Positions 49,521 through 62,987 of a stretch of 64,000 nt of DNA are shown here, piece by piece; position 1 is the stretch's first letter; each line of letters begins with the position of its first letter. The stretch comes from Leucoraja ocellata. Taxonomy: Eukaryota. The stretch spans positions 7,006,001-7,070,000 of the forward strand of contig JAWMAR010000075.1 in assembly GCA_036785375.1 (NCBI GenBank), read 5' to 3'. The notes beneath the pieces are model-generated. The model was not told where the DNA came from, did not search any database, and saw only the letters and a list, made by a program, of their open reading frames with translations. The translations under genes and the position numbers were made by a program.

Positions 49521-51199
49521 ATAGCCGCGAGTCAACTGTTCGCCCACCAGCCGTGAGTGAGCTGCCAGCACATCAGGCTTGAGTGACTGAGCTGTCACCC
49601 CAAGAATCCATTTGGCCCACAATGTCCCCCCCCCAACGGGTCCCACTTAGTCTATTATAATTATATGTTTTACTTTTTAAGTTTCTTCCTTTTTCCTGAT
49701 TCAGGTACCTTATTAAATATTAAGGCAAGCTACTGACTTTTATTCAACTACATGCTGAAAGCCAATCATGACTTTGTGAACCCACAATTGCATTATATAT
49801 TTAGAGATCAAATTAACAGCCTCAAGAGTCAGGAGTGTTTATTTGTCACATGCACCAGATATGAACCAGAACAATTCTAATTGCTCCAGCTTTATAAACA
49901 CATTAGGCACAACAACAATAACTATATGGTATATTATCAGTAATTCCAAGTAAACTAACCCATATCAGTGCAAAAACCAAAGTATGCCGAGCAATCATAA
50001 TAGTACAGAGCTTACAATCTTACAATAACAAACTCTTCTCTCCAAGTGGAAGCATTTTTTTTCTGCCTCCACTATATCAAAAGCTTGGAGACATAGAGAA
50101 CTAGTAATGTTATGGGAGCAGCTTCAACAGAGGGACTTCAGCAATTACATTATGCAGCTTTTTCTTAAGTGTTGGAGGTGGGCAATAAACATTGACTTTG
50201 TCAGTGATGCTCCCTTCATATAAATGAACGCACAATTCGAAAAAAAAAACCCCACAAAGGTCTGGAGTAACTCAGCTGATCAGGCATCATCTGTGGAGTG
50301 AATGGATAGGTGAGATTTTGGGTGGGAACCCTTCTTCAGACTCCATCACTAGCCTCCACAGATGCTGCCTGATCCACTGAGTAACTCCAGCACAGCATGT
50401 TTTGCTCAAGACTCCAGCATCTGCGGTTCCTTGGGTGTGTATATATTTAGAAAAATAGATTTTCTATTAGTAACCTATTTAATGCCCAATTTGCCTAGTT
50501 TGTATTTATTCCAACTGAGACAGAAAAATATTAATGCTAAGTAGATGCTGTCCTCCAATTCTTTTCCTGATGATTCACCCTTGTGTTAATTTGCACACAA
50601 AATATTTCCACTTGATTACTTTCCTTTTAGAAGGTTAGGTTCAAATTCTCCCAAACATGCACCAGAAACATCATAAAATATGCTTAGATTTGGTTGGACA
50701 GCAAAACTCGCAAGCAAAATACATTCATTTTCCATCATTCCTTTCGAGATAAAATCATGGAGGACCTTTGGACATTTAAAAAAAAAAAATGATCTTGGAA
50801 ACTATCAATTTATTCACTTAATCTTTAATGGAAAGAGCCTGAAACTAATACACTGGAAGGTAAAGTGGATGAACTTCCCAGCCCATGATGACAGGAAATC
50901 AATTCACAGAGCAATTTATTGTTTTAGTGAAGCTGACTTGTTGAAACTCTGAACGTGGTGCATCAGCATCTTGTTCTTAATTTAGTTAAATAGGAGAAAC
51001 AAATTCAGTCTCAGCATATAATCAATCAAGTAAGCTTAATTTATTCCACTATTTTGTCTTTGCACAAAGACGTTATTTGAACACTGACTTTATCATAGCT
51101 TGTCAGTGCAGTATTTTTTCAGTGCAACAACGTCCTTCCTGGATGAAAAATTACAGAAACCACTCTGCAATTGAATAGTTAATCATTGGCGTTGTTGTT

Positions 51200-51800
51200 C
51201 AAGAATAAGGGGTAGGCCATTTAGAACTGAGATGAGGAAAAACTTTTTCCCCCAGAGAATTGCGAATCTGTGGAATTCTCTGCCACGGAAAGCACTTGAG
51301 GCCAATTCACTGGATGTTTTCAAGAGAGAGTTAGGTTTAGCTTTCGGGGCCAACGGAATCAAGGGATATGGGGAGAAAGCAGGTACGGGGTACTGATTTT
51401 GGATGATCAGGCATGATCATATTGACTGGCGGTGCTGGTTCGAGAGGCTGAATGGCCCACTCCTGCACCTATTTTCTATGTTTCCAAGTAGAAGTTTGCA
51501 CTTTTCTATTCCATGACGGGTCTTTTAAAACACATTTCAAACAATTTATCTCCAGTTAAGGTAGCACATGGTTGTTGAATCTGTGGTATTCATTGCCACA
51601 GATGGCTGTGGCAGTGAAGACATTTGAGTATTTTTAAAGCAGAGATTGATAGATTCTTGATTAGGAAGGGTGTCAAAGGCAGGGAGAAGGCAGGAGAATG
51701 GGGTTGAGAGGGAAAAATAAATCAGCCATGATTGAATAGCGGTGCAGACTTGATGGACTGGAAGACCTAATCCTGTTCCTACGTCGGTGGTCTTATGGTT
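51200..51800 (+). mobile_element. Two CR1/HER1 3' fragments
   Basis: Tails at ~51200-51485 and ~51570-51800 match the other CR1 ends. Confidence 0.85.
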
Positions 51801-52644
51801 AGGGAGGGGGAATAACCAATCAGTCTACTTGCTAATGAAAAATGATTGTCAGTCTGAATCACTATCTCAGTTTCTCTGTCCACAGATGCTGCCATGTTGA
51901 TTATTTCTAGCAGTCTCTGTTTTTATTTCCAGCATCTGCTACTTATTGTCTTATGAAGACACAAGGACTACAATGCATTTTGACTTGACGACCAAGTTTT
52001 TCTTCCTTCTGTTCTATCCCCTATTAAAACTGCCTCCATTTGGCAACCTTGTCGTGATCCACCTCGCGTACTAGGAAATCACTGCAATTATGATGAACAT
52101 CACCTGCTTTACATGCAGGGCTTGTTCTGCCTTCCAATCCCCAACCCCCACCCCCACCTCCACCATAGTTCCTCCCAAGGGATCTATATGCAGACTGCAG
52201 TGAGCAAGGGTGGCTTACCACTGACCAAGAAAGGCAGACACATTTTAACATTTTATTTTCTTGAAGTGCAAGATTTGCACATTATCAAATAAGCATACTC
52301 ATTGACTGTACCTTCCCATTAATCACATGAATCAGTTTATTGATCACTCTAATAGCACTGATTAAGTAGGATAATAAGTAATAGATTCACTCCTCACCAC
52401 AGTGCTTCAGAAAAAGTATATGGTCTTGGGGTAGGTAGATTTGCAAATTAACTACAATAATACCAGCAATAAATGAACTAAACTATGTGAACAGATGTGT
52501 ATTGATCAAACTAATCGTTATTACAGCTTTCAGCATCTACAATGTTTTGCTTATGTTTTAGATTGATATTGTAAGACATTTTCTAACTTGTTACTCTCTG
52601 AATTTGGAGGGAAAAAAGCCAGAAGCTGTGTCCTTAAAATAAGA

Positions 52645-52837
52645 AGGGAGACACAAAATGCTGGAGTAACTCAGCGGGTGAGGCAGCATCTATGGAGGGA
52701 AGGAATTGGTAACATTTTGGGTCGAGACCCTTCTTCAGACTTCCTTCTCTCCATAGATGCTGCCTCACCCGCTGAGTTACTCCAGCATTTTGTGTCTACC
52801 TTCGAGTTTACCAGCATCTACAGTTCTTTCTTAAACA
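52645..52837. mobile_element. Penelope-like inverted terminal-repeat insertion
   Basis: 14 bp TSD TCCTTAAAATAAGA (52631-52644 and 52838-52851). Confidence 0.85.
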
Positions 52838-53301
52838 TCCTTAAAATAAGAGCTAAGCTGGACAAGGCCAATGCCATGAAACATTTAATTCCGGAAAGGG
52901 GTGAAAAGATTTGTGATTTTTATCCAGGAGCACGGTTTGACACTGTCAATTGAAATGGCTGAATCTGGGATCAATAGGTTGTGTTAAACGAGTATGTAAA
53001 AGCTTAAGAAATACGGAGCAGTAGTTACACAATTATTGGTCTGTAGAGAACCAATTGCAATTTTCTCTGGCATCTAGCTTATTCCTAAAATTGCTGCTGC
53101 ACTGCAAACAATTTAGAGGCATGAAAGATTTGAAATTGATGGATAAATAAAATGGTTACAAATATTTAATGGGTGTATTTTGTAAATAAAATTCAAATGA
53201 GTACAATGAAAAGATCTTGACTGGGTGTCAGCAATCAGTGGAATAGATATTTATATTTGAGCTGAATTCAATTGAAGCTGGAGACCAAATAGACAGGCAA
53301 T

Positions 53302-53498
53302 TTGTGGGTTTTCTCCGAGTACACCGGTTTCCTCCCGCACTCCAAAGACGTGCAGGCTTGTAGGTTAATTGGTTTCTCTAAAAAATGTCCCAAGTATGTA
53401 TGATAGATCTAGTGTATGGATGATCATTGGTCGGCGTGAACTCAGTTGGTCGAAGGGCCGGTTTCCACACTGTATCTCTAAACTAAACGAAATTAAAA
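53302..53498 (+). mobile_element. 5'-truncated HE1-like SINE
   Basis: V-core and tail as in 27892-28201. Confidence 0.82.
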
Positions 53499-53778
53499 TG
53501 AGTGCTGAAATTTCTACGTCACAGTAACATAGGAAGAATTTGATAAGGTTACACTATGGAGACACAACTCTCTCTCTTTGCTGATAACCTGTGGAGAGCA
53601 ACTCTAGAAACACAAAGGACATGCAAAAACTATAATGCACAACTCCTAGATGCTGCAGGTAAGCAGAAGCTCCACTGCCCCAGGGCTAAACCAGGAGGGC
53701 CAGCAAAAAAAAAAATCCATGTCTATAATTTGCAGTGCTGGCTGCTTCCACAAGAGCTACTGGAATCTCACAACCAAA

Positions 53779-54106
53779 TTGATTGATTGATTGAAAGATA
53801 CAGTGTGGAATCAGGCCCTTCGACCCAGCAAGATCACACCAAACATCAATCACCTCCTCACACTAGTCCTAAGTTATCCCATTTTCACATCCATTCTCTG
53901 CACACCAGAGCCTATTTTCAGAGGCCAAATAACCTACAAACCTGCAGGTCATTAGAAAGTGGGAGGAAACCGGAGCTCTGAGAGCAAACCTTTGTAGTCA
54001 CAGGAAGAATGTGCCAACTCCACACAGACAGCACCTGAGGTCAGGATCGAACCTGGATCTCTGGCACTGTGTGGCAGTAGCTCTACCAGCTGTGCCACTG
54101 TACCGC
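53779..54106 (-). mobile_element. tRNA-derived V-SINE
   Basis: Minus strand: GTGGCACAGCTGGTAGAGC A box, GGTTCGATCC B box, (TCAA)n tail. Confidence 0.85.
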
Positions 54107-57100
54107 TCAACAAAAATAATTGAATGCACTGTGTGTCAGTCAAGTAGAAACTGTGGTCCAATCAATCACATGAAAAAACACTTTTTCTAATGCTCTTCAA
54201 TATGTTATATGCTTCTGAGTTCTGTAAAAGGATGAGAATAGTTTGTACAACAACGCATTGGATGATAATAGTCGTAGAATCTTTGAGAGATGGTGCACTA
54301 GTTAATGTGCCCGAGACATTACATCTATTATTTTTTGTGTTGCATCCTACTTTGCAACTTTTCTTGAAAGAGAAATATAATTTGAAAGAATGGATATTGC
54401 AACATCACATACCTTTGGAAACTTCTAAGTGCCAGGCTTGATATCCATCGGTAGAAGCAAACAGCTAGTCAAATATAAATCAATTGAAAATATATTCATA
54501 GATTCCAAACAAGAGCTGCTTTCAAAGAATGAATAAATCAGATGCAATGTCACAATATTGTAAAGGGAAATTTTGAACATACATTCCATTTGAATATATC
54601 TCCTTGCCTTTGACATAAACATAAAAATATTGAAGCCTACCCACCAGTACATCTCGAGTGGTTTATCAACATAATCTAATCCCTGTCAGTTGAAAAAGAG
54701 CCAAGCAGTCCAATTCCCCTTTCAAGGTTTGAACTCTATTCCAATCATAGACCCAATGATTTTTAATTTCTCAGTTTACACTTTTATTAAACTTTTTAGT
54801 TGGGCTGAAATTTGGAGCCCTCCTTAATAGGAAATACCATTGATGAAACGTGCTCCTTAACTAGCAAGATGCAAATCCATTGAATTAAGAGATGGCCAAT
54901 CTATTCTTGCTGCATTATTTGTGCGTAAACTGACAGGGTGTTTATATTTGACAGAGTCTGCTAGTTTAGACACTTTCTCCCAGACAAGAGATGAATATAC
55001 TTATCTTATAAAATTACAGTATTTTTGTTCTCACATAAGTGTGAAACTTTTATAATTAATCAAAATAATAATCCATATTTCAAATCGCAGCCAGGGCGTT
55101 TGGTTACAGACTAGGCATGGCCCCAACCATCTAAATGACTTATAAAGATTGTAATTGTATCTGCCTTCACCACTTTCCAGGGAACCACATTCCAGATATT
55201 CACCACTCCCCATGTGAAAAACCTACTCCTCAAATCTCCTTTAAATTTATTCCCTCTCCCCTAGTTCTAGACTGCCTTCAAGAAGTAAATTGATTAGATT
55301 TAATCGTCTTAAGGAAACAGAGTGGCACTGAAATTAGTGGCAATCTGAAGACGGTTTCCAACCTGAAATGTTACCTATCCATGCTCTCATAAGTTCACAA
55401 GTGATAGGAGCAGAATCAGGCGTTTTGGCCCATCAAGTGTACTCTACCATTTAATCATGGCTGATCTATCTTTCCCTCTCAACCCCATTTCTCCAGAAAT
55501 GCTGCCTTACCTGCTGAATTACTCCAGCACTTAGTGTCCCTTTGTAATGTCAGAGGAGCTAGGACGAGCACAACTACTCACAGAAATGTCCTAATGGCCG
55601 ATGCTGCTATAAATTTATATCAATGAGTTGCATTTATTTAGAAACTAAAACTATTCATTCATGAACATCCCAAATTTGAGCCAATAATTGATTTGAAGAA
55701 AACAAAAATAACTCAAGGCCTATACAAAGGATAAAACTTTCAAATTATTATAAAAGTTTATACAGAAAATGGATTAGGATACTGATTGAAAAACATGCAT
55801 AGTTGTGCACCAGATAATCCTTTGAACCATTCCAATGAATTAGTCATACATTTTTGGGCATTTCTTTCCATCATTATTTCACTTAAAAGGAATACTGTAT
55901 AATATAGATTGAAGTGTCCGTTAGAAAGGTTAGTCTGCTTGATCCAAACCATTTGCACAATAAATTGAATGCACAAACCTAATTTCATAAACTGTGACTC
56001 GATGATGCATTCTTCCACACTGGGTAATTTGGAGTTCCGTAGAACTGGAAAGAATGCTGAATTATGATATCAAATAGCCAATGTTTAAGTCAGAGGCTAT
56101 CATGCTAACATTCTTCAATCCTGACCGTAATCAAAGTACCATATCCAATTTTCTCATGAAAACCATTGATGCCCTGTAGGCATGGTGCAATGAGATTATG
56201 AGACTGATCTGTTGCATCAGCACTGAGAAGAAACACTTTTCTTTTAAATAAATCAAGTGAATGCATCTTTTAAAACAGGAAAAATATTAAACCCCCCTCC
56301 AAAAACAATGATTCTTGTTAATCATGTTTGGCTAAAAGCAATGTTAATATCAGAAAGAATTAATTCATACACAAAGCAAATAATATTTGAAATAATATTT
56401 CCCATTTAGAACCAGTTGAATGCTACATTGTTGGGGATTCTTCCTACGCGGGGAGTTAAAATAAGCCAATTGGTCTTTGTTATAATCTCATGGACACATA
56501 TGACATAGAAACAGACTGATGTTATTTGCCTTGAAGAAATGGAGCATAAATTAGTGGTGCTGTCATTTTCCTAATACAGAGTGCAGCACAGAATCTATAA
56601 CACTGGGATTTGGTCTTCATTTATATTTGCACGTGAAATTTATTCATTTCTGTTTGAAAATAAATCATTTGTGTGCTGTTGAGATTTACATCGAAGTCGT
56701 CTTGACCACCTGACTGCACGCTTAAGAGAGCATCCATGTAAGATGAGAAGGTCACATTAATCTGCAGGCTTTCAAAGCCCTTTGTGATATTCAACATTGA
56801 AACTGGAAACTACATCCTTAGCTTTCTCTTTATGCTTTTGCTAACTAAGGAATTTATCCCAGGTGTTTGAGGTGACATAAGGCTAAATATACATTTGTTA
56901 CAAAAATGTACCTGTTTTACAAAGTAAAATTTTTTGCAATAAAATATTCACAAATTGCTCATGTGTAAATGGTTTCCTGCAGATAAACGGAGCACAAACT
57001 AATCCCTGTTTATGTTTTTCAAATCTGCAGCATACAAAAGAGCCTAAAAAGCAATCATTAAATAAGATAAACAGAAAGGAAAAATAAGAACTGGAAATAT

Positions 57101-58217
57101 TCTGCGGCTCAGGCAATTTAGAAGAGAGAGTAAAAGGGTTAATGTTTTAACTCTTTATCATTGCTTTTAATCAAAGATGCAATGTTAAGGATTTAACCAC
57201 GTATATTGTTGAGGGAAAGGAGTGGGTAGGGAGGAAGAAAGGGAGGGAGGAAGAAATTTTGAAGTTCTTGATAAGATGAAGCTCAAGAGAATTTTCCTAT
57301 TTATTATTTTTTCAGGATCTTGACATCAGTGGTAAATACCGTATTTATTGCCCATGTCTCATTGATATTGAGGGCAGTGCAGAGGTACAGTGTTGTTGCC
57401 TCACAATCCCAGAGATTCAAGTTCAATCCTGACTTCGGATGCTATCTGCGTGGAGTTTCCTGTGCTCCATGTGGGTTTCCTCCTATTTCTTCTCGCATCT
57501 CAAAAATGTGGATTAATTGACTACTGTAAATGATCCCTTAGTGTAGGTAAATAAAAAACAAATAACTAAAGCAATGGACTTTCCAGCTCCTGTTCTAAAG
57601 TTGATGGGCATGGGAGAGATAATAAGTTGCAATGATGTAGGTCAAGAATAATTGAAAGGGACTATGAGATTAGTAGGAAATTACATGAATCTGATGAGCT
57701 GAATGGATTCTCTTACTGCCTTATATGAATAGTTCGCTGGAGCCAGTGGCAATAGAGATCGCAAGTATCCAGTGAACAAAGGCAGTGCATTTTATAAATG
57801 CTACATAGAGGTAACCACTGCACCAATGGTGTAAGGAATATAGTGCTGTAGATGGTGTTCCAATCAAGTTGTTTTGTCTTGGGTGAGCTTTTTGAATGTT
57901 TTTGGAGCAGCAGTTTGCCAGGTAATTTAGTTAATCACACTCCCCCTGTGGGAAGGCTTTGGGGTGTCAAGATGTGTATCACTTGCTTCTGAGTTATCGC
58001 ATTTGCTTTGTGCGAAAGCAGGAGTTGGGCTTCTAGACTCTGAAGTGTTATGCGGTCACAAGCCTAGAAAGTTCCAGAAGTAATGTCACAATATTGTAAA
58101 AGGAAATTTTGAACATACCATCCATTTGAAGAAGACTCTAGTGAAATATTTGTTGTCTTAATCCAGATATCGCACACTGCACGCACGCACATCATGATCT
58201 TAAAAGTGTGTATATTA

Positions 58218-59563
58218 CAGGTGCACAACCTTTTATCCGAAATTCCAAATAACGAAAAGCTCCGAATAGCGGACATATTTTCGGTCCTTGAAGAAAGGTC
58301 CTTGAAGACGTTCACCGAGGGTGGACCACAGAGGTGACAGCGGAACCTCCGGTCGGTCCTCGAAGAAAGGGGAACTAAATCCCCATTCATAAAAGAGAAG
58401 GTGAGGGTATATTGCGCGAGAGGGTTAATAATTGACAATCTGCTGCTGCCTGCCCGCTGAGTTAAAAAGTTCCCACGGTAGACTCACGATACACAGTGTA
58501 TCGTGAGTCTTGCGTGGGAAATTTTTTAACTCGGCAGGCAGGCAGCAGCAGATTGTCGCTCCCTTCAGTTTCACCCCACCTACACCACTCTGCTTTCCGG
58601 CCATGTGTGTGACCCCTTCCCTCCCCTCTCCAGCTCCCCGCCCATTGCACCGGCGCGGGGGCTTTGCACTGTCTTCACGTCGGCGATGCCAGCAGGTCAG
58701 TGCCAGTCACCGGAGACGTCAGGACCAACGGGACACCGACCCCCAGGCCCTCTGCAAGCACGGAGATCCCAGAGACCCACAGCCAGCAGCAGCCCAGCCC
58801 CGTTCCAACTCCAGAGGAAAACTGCGAACTGGCCGGAGACGTCAGGACCACCAGAAGCCGCTCCCCGATGGGCTGCTATGGCGACAAGTGGCAGTTCGCC
58901 CACAGCCCGAGCTGCGCCCCCTCATCGGGACACCGACCCCCAGGCCCCCTGCAAGCACGGAGATCCCAGATCAGCAACTCCAGCCCAGTCCCGCTCCGAC
59001 TCCAGAGGAACACGCTCCCCATAGGGGCAAAAGCTGATGGTGTGCAAGGTACGTCTTGTTCTTGGGGTGGCGCAGCTCGGGCTGTGGGCGAACTGCCACG
59101 TCGCAGTAGCGGCCCATCGAAGAGCAGCGGATTCCTCTGGAGTTGGAGGGGGAAGGGGGTATTGTGCTGTTTGATCGCCCCCTGCTATCCCAGGGACAGG
59201 GAGACACAGCGGCTTTTGAGACTGGTGGGCAATCACTTCCAAAGTTCTGCCCACACAATCAGTACACCTCTCCTACACTTGTCTCCCGCACTAAGACCAT
59301 CTTGCCAAGAATGATCCCAGCCTAACCCTCCCTATTCTCTCCTATTCTGCAAGAAAAAACTACATTGAAGACTCAAATTCACGATCGAGTAACTGCCGGG
59401 TTCGAGGCGCAAACTCGCGACCTTGCGGATATGAGCCGAGCACTCTACAACTGAGCCAGCCGTTAAAATCTACGCTAAAAATCTTCCATTACTAAAGCCG
59501 AAAAATTCCGAATTACGAAAAGTGTCTGGTCCCAAGGCTTTCGGATAAAAGGTTGTGCACCTG
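58218..59563. mobile_element. pogo/Tigger-like non-autonomous DNA transposon
   Basis: Perfect 25 bp TIR CAGGTGCACAACCTTTTATCCGAAA; TA TSD; subterminal TTCC.AAT.ACGAAAAG repeats; GC-rich interior. Confidence 0.92.
59395..59462 (-). pseudogene. tRNA-like (CAT anticodon) sequence inside the pogo-like element
   Basis: TGGCTCAGTTGTAGAGTG D-arm/A box, CGG-CTCATAT-CCG anticodon arm, CGAG-TTTGCGC-CTCG T-arm; acceptor stem does not pair. Confidence 0.6.
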
Positions 59564-61499
59564 TACTGTCATAAATAATTTAATATATTTGGATAAAGGG
59601 AATGCATACATAGAAATGAATTAATTCATGAATCTTTTGTTCATGAATAAGTTTTATCTGTTAAAAGAGACATTTTCTCCACAATGGGAATGATCTTGGA
59701 GTACAATGGGAGAATCTTCAGTTTATCCAAATCTTCTCAAAGGAAGGAATTCCATGATCTTCAGTCCAAGCTGCTTTAAGAGGAGAAAATCATGCCTTGG
59801 GGTGAGAGTCACGCATAAGGAGAATTTCTTCTTCCTTATGTTACCCTAGCTGCTGAAGGAAGACCAAGATATTTATACAGAATCAAGGAATATGTTTCAT
59901 GTTGGCAATTTGCATTCTGCTGTTGCATTCATTGTTCTTTTCTAGGTGAAAGTATGTCTTCTTTCACCACATGTGGGGCCAGGCAGTCTTAATAAAGCAG
60001 ACTGTGGTAAGGTGGCAGCCATGCATGCTGAATGGATATTGTCCAAGTTTATTGAGAATGCTTTTAGTTTTTGACCTGTATATTAATCTTCCAGTGACAC
60101 CAGAAAAACTAATGCTGAATTAGTAGAGACATGATGGGACAGATGTTGGTGGACTCTGCCCAACAGGCACCGCCTGCAACCGCTTGTGCTCAGACGCATC
60201 TGGTCCAGATGTGAAGTGGTAATTTTGTTGGCCCTGCTTGGGCCAGTCCACATGTCCACTCGTCCTTGGGCAGTATACAGTATATTGTTTAGGATCTGCC
60301 CCTGGAGAACCCCTGATGGATAGGCTGTGATGGAAGGCAAATAAGGACACAGCTTTTTCTCTTGTCGAAGCTGTGAAGCATTTCAATAGGATTTGCATGT
60401 CTTCAACATTGTAAATCACCTCACAACAGCCCTAGAATCCCTCTTGAATTCAACAAGATCTCAGCAATGGTATCAGGCTTGGCTTGGCATAGGATCTGAG
60501 CAGCAATTCTCCAGCAAACACTGTGTAATGTCAACACTTCAGGGCCCATCAAGTCCAGCAATCGACAGTAGTCATACATGAGGCTCCATCTGTTATATAT
60601 TAAGAGTTGGACTACTGCATTTGGCAGTGCACACATGGATGTCTGGGACTTACTGAAGTTTCAGCAGCTCCAAACAAATAACTAGATTGGCCCTGATCTT
60701 TTTTTTCCATTATTGGCAATTTCAGATTCCTTAAAGACCTACTAAAGTAAATGTCTCTGTGACTGTTTTGTGATAGCACACTGGCGGTGAGGAACCTTGC
60801 CATAGGGAGAGCATGCCAGAAATAAATTTCCAGCCATTACCTTCTGAATGTTATAAATGTTGCTTCCATGACAGCAATTGCCTGGGTGAATTAGTCTGGG
60901 GTTTTTAATCTCTTTCCATCGGCAACAGGCAAAGAAAAACTGCATTGCAAACTGCATTTTTGCTGCGTTATTAAGCACAGCCAAGTACATAATTTTAACC
61001 TGAGACTTTTATAAACATGAAATCTATTTGTAACAGGTTCAAACGTTCCAATTTGAAGCTTTGCCTGCTGAAACCTTTCATCGTTATATAATAACTCACT
61101 GTACACAGAGGACAGGGATCAAATTACACCCTTGCTAGTCTGCAGATCTCTGCATTGCATTAACCACTAATGTCTTGGAATGAATCCAATAATATTCGTC
61201 CAGATACCCTCTGCTTTGATTCTAAAGCTTGACTCCGAGTAGCTAATCAGCATGAAATGTTTTTAAATGAATGTGCATTGAAAGAATAAAATTCAAAATT
61301 ATGTGTAAATCTAGTGTTTAATGGAGGAAACCACCTATTATGCATGACATTGGTCCACAGACACAAGTATACTTAGTGAGGTTCCACAAGCATGGCTAAA
61401 GAAAACTGCAGCATGTATTAATATGACCAATGTAAGATTTACATTTATTTCAGATTTTGACTGTCAATACCTTTCTGGTTATACTCACACTTTATTGCT

Positions 61500-61975
61500 A
61501 TCCCAGAATGAGTAGGTTAACACGTGATGAGCGTTTGACGGCACTGGGCCTGTACTCGCTGGAGTTTAGAAGAATGAGGGGGAACCTCATTGAAACGTAC
61601 AGAATAGTGACAGGCTTGGATAGAGTGAATGTGGGGAGGATGTTTCCACTAGTGGGAGAGTCTAGGACTAGAGGTTATAACCTCAGAATTAAAGGATGCT
61701 CTTTTAGGAAGGAGATGAGGAGGAATTTATTTAGTCAGAGAGCGGTGAATCTGTGGAATCAGATCTGTGGAATCTGTAGAATTAGCTACAGAAGGCTGTG
61801 GAGGCAGTCAGTGGATATACTTAAGGCAGAGATAGATAGATTCTTAATTAGTACAGATGTCAGAGGTCATGGGGAAAAGGCAGGTGAATGGGGTTAGGAG
61901 GGAGAGATAGATCAATCATGATTGAATGATGGAGTAGACTTGATGGGCCGAATGACATAATTATGATTCTTTCAT
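61500..61975 (+). mobile_element. CR1/HER1-type LINE 3' fragment
   Basis: LGLYSLEFRRMRGNLIETY..ESRTRGYNLRIKG. Confidence 0.9.
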
Positions 61976-62469
61976 TTTTGAATTCATGATCTTATGATCG
62001 TATCTCAATCTCTGGCCCAAGATCATATCCTTCAGTCTGTCCACAGCAGCACTCAGTCCAGATAAGAAAGTTATTGTCAGTGACCTTCATATCATGCAGC
62101 CAGCAACAGGATTGGGAATGATGGTGAGCGTTGCAATACCAAGACCCTGCCCCTGAAACACCCATGTCAAATTTGATAGCCAGCAAATTTAGGAATGGAA
62201 CTTTGGTAACTGTAAGCTAGGTGATTTTAAGAGTTTTAACTCTGTAAGCTCAGTGATTTTAAGAGTTTTTAAATGTCTCTGGCATCCAGAAACAATGACA
62301 CACTATTAAAAGTGAGGTAGATTAATAAAGAGAGGTTCAATCATCGGTAGATAGTGGTCAGATAGTGGTCAAAAAGGCCTTTGGTACATTGGCCCATCAG
62401 TTAGGGTGTTGAGTATTTGAATGCACAGACTCTTTTACGCAGAGTAGAGGAATCAAAAGCATTCAAACA

Positions 62470-62987
62470 TATATAACCTCCAGTTACACGGGAGGCCTGG
62501 TCCCCTCCAACGGGGTGGGGGGAGGGGGTCTGGGGGTTGGGGGAGGGTATAGGGGGAGGTGGTGTGGGGGAGGGTGGGTTGTGGGGGAGGGGAGGGGGGT
62601 GTAATGGAAGGGGTGTGGGGGGTGGCGTGGGGCGAGGGGGTGGGGGGAGGGGGGGGGTTGTGGCAGAGGGGGTGTGGGGGAGGGTGAGTTGTGGGGAGGG
62701 GAGGTGTGGGGGATGTGGAGGAGGGGTGGGGGAGAGGGTGTGTGGAGGAGGGGCGTATGAGGGTGTGGTAATGGGGGGGCTGTGGGGGAGGGGGAACCTT
62801 CAAAACCTTCATAACTTTTGTACTATTTCACTGATCGGAACACAACTTATTTGACTTGCAGCAGAGGAGAATGGTGAGTAAGGTGGCGAAAATCGTAGCG
62901 CTATGGGGGATCATTTTAGCGCAAATTTATTTCCAACGACAGGAAGTGGTCAAGATGAGAGTTTTAGTAATATAAAGAATATATAGA
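62470..62987 (-). mobile_element. Helitron copy with G-rich interior and non-canonical 3' end, inside a CR1 fragment
   Basis: Plus strand ends GGAAGTGGTCAAGATGAGAGTTTTAGTAATATA..AGAT, like the other Helitron 5' ends. Confidence 0.7.

Larger units (their letters stand above)
47114..49655 (+). mobile_element. Composite non-autonomous Helitron
   Basis: 5' A|CCTATATTACTAAAAG (TC mutated); 3' CCCAACGGGTCCC hairpin remnant then CTAT (CTAG mutated). Homologous to 3430-4447 and 63135-63859; has an internal duplication and two nested insertions. Confidence 0.8.

Noticed and set aside
57300-57340. Possible micro-exon (TTTTTCAG...GTAAAT)
   Set aside because: Overlaps a decayed SINE-like sequence, and no partner exons could be identified.
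58510-59314. Overlapping 139-216 aa ORFs
   Set aside because: GC-rich repeated interior of a MITE with no pogo DDD or HTH motifs.
59960-60480. Possible very old LINE remnant (also 12490-12740 and 57800-57990)
   Set aside because: Too decayed to assign a family or boundaries by eye.
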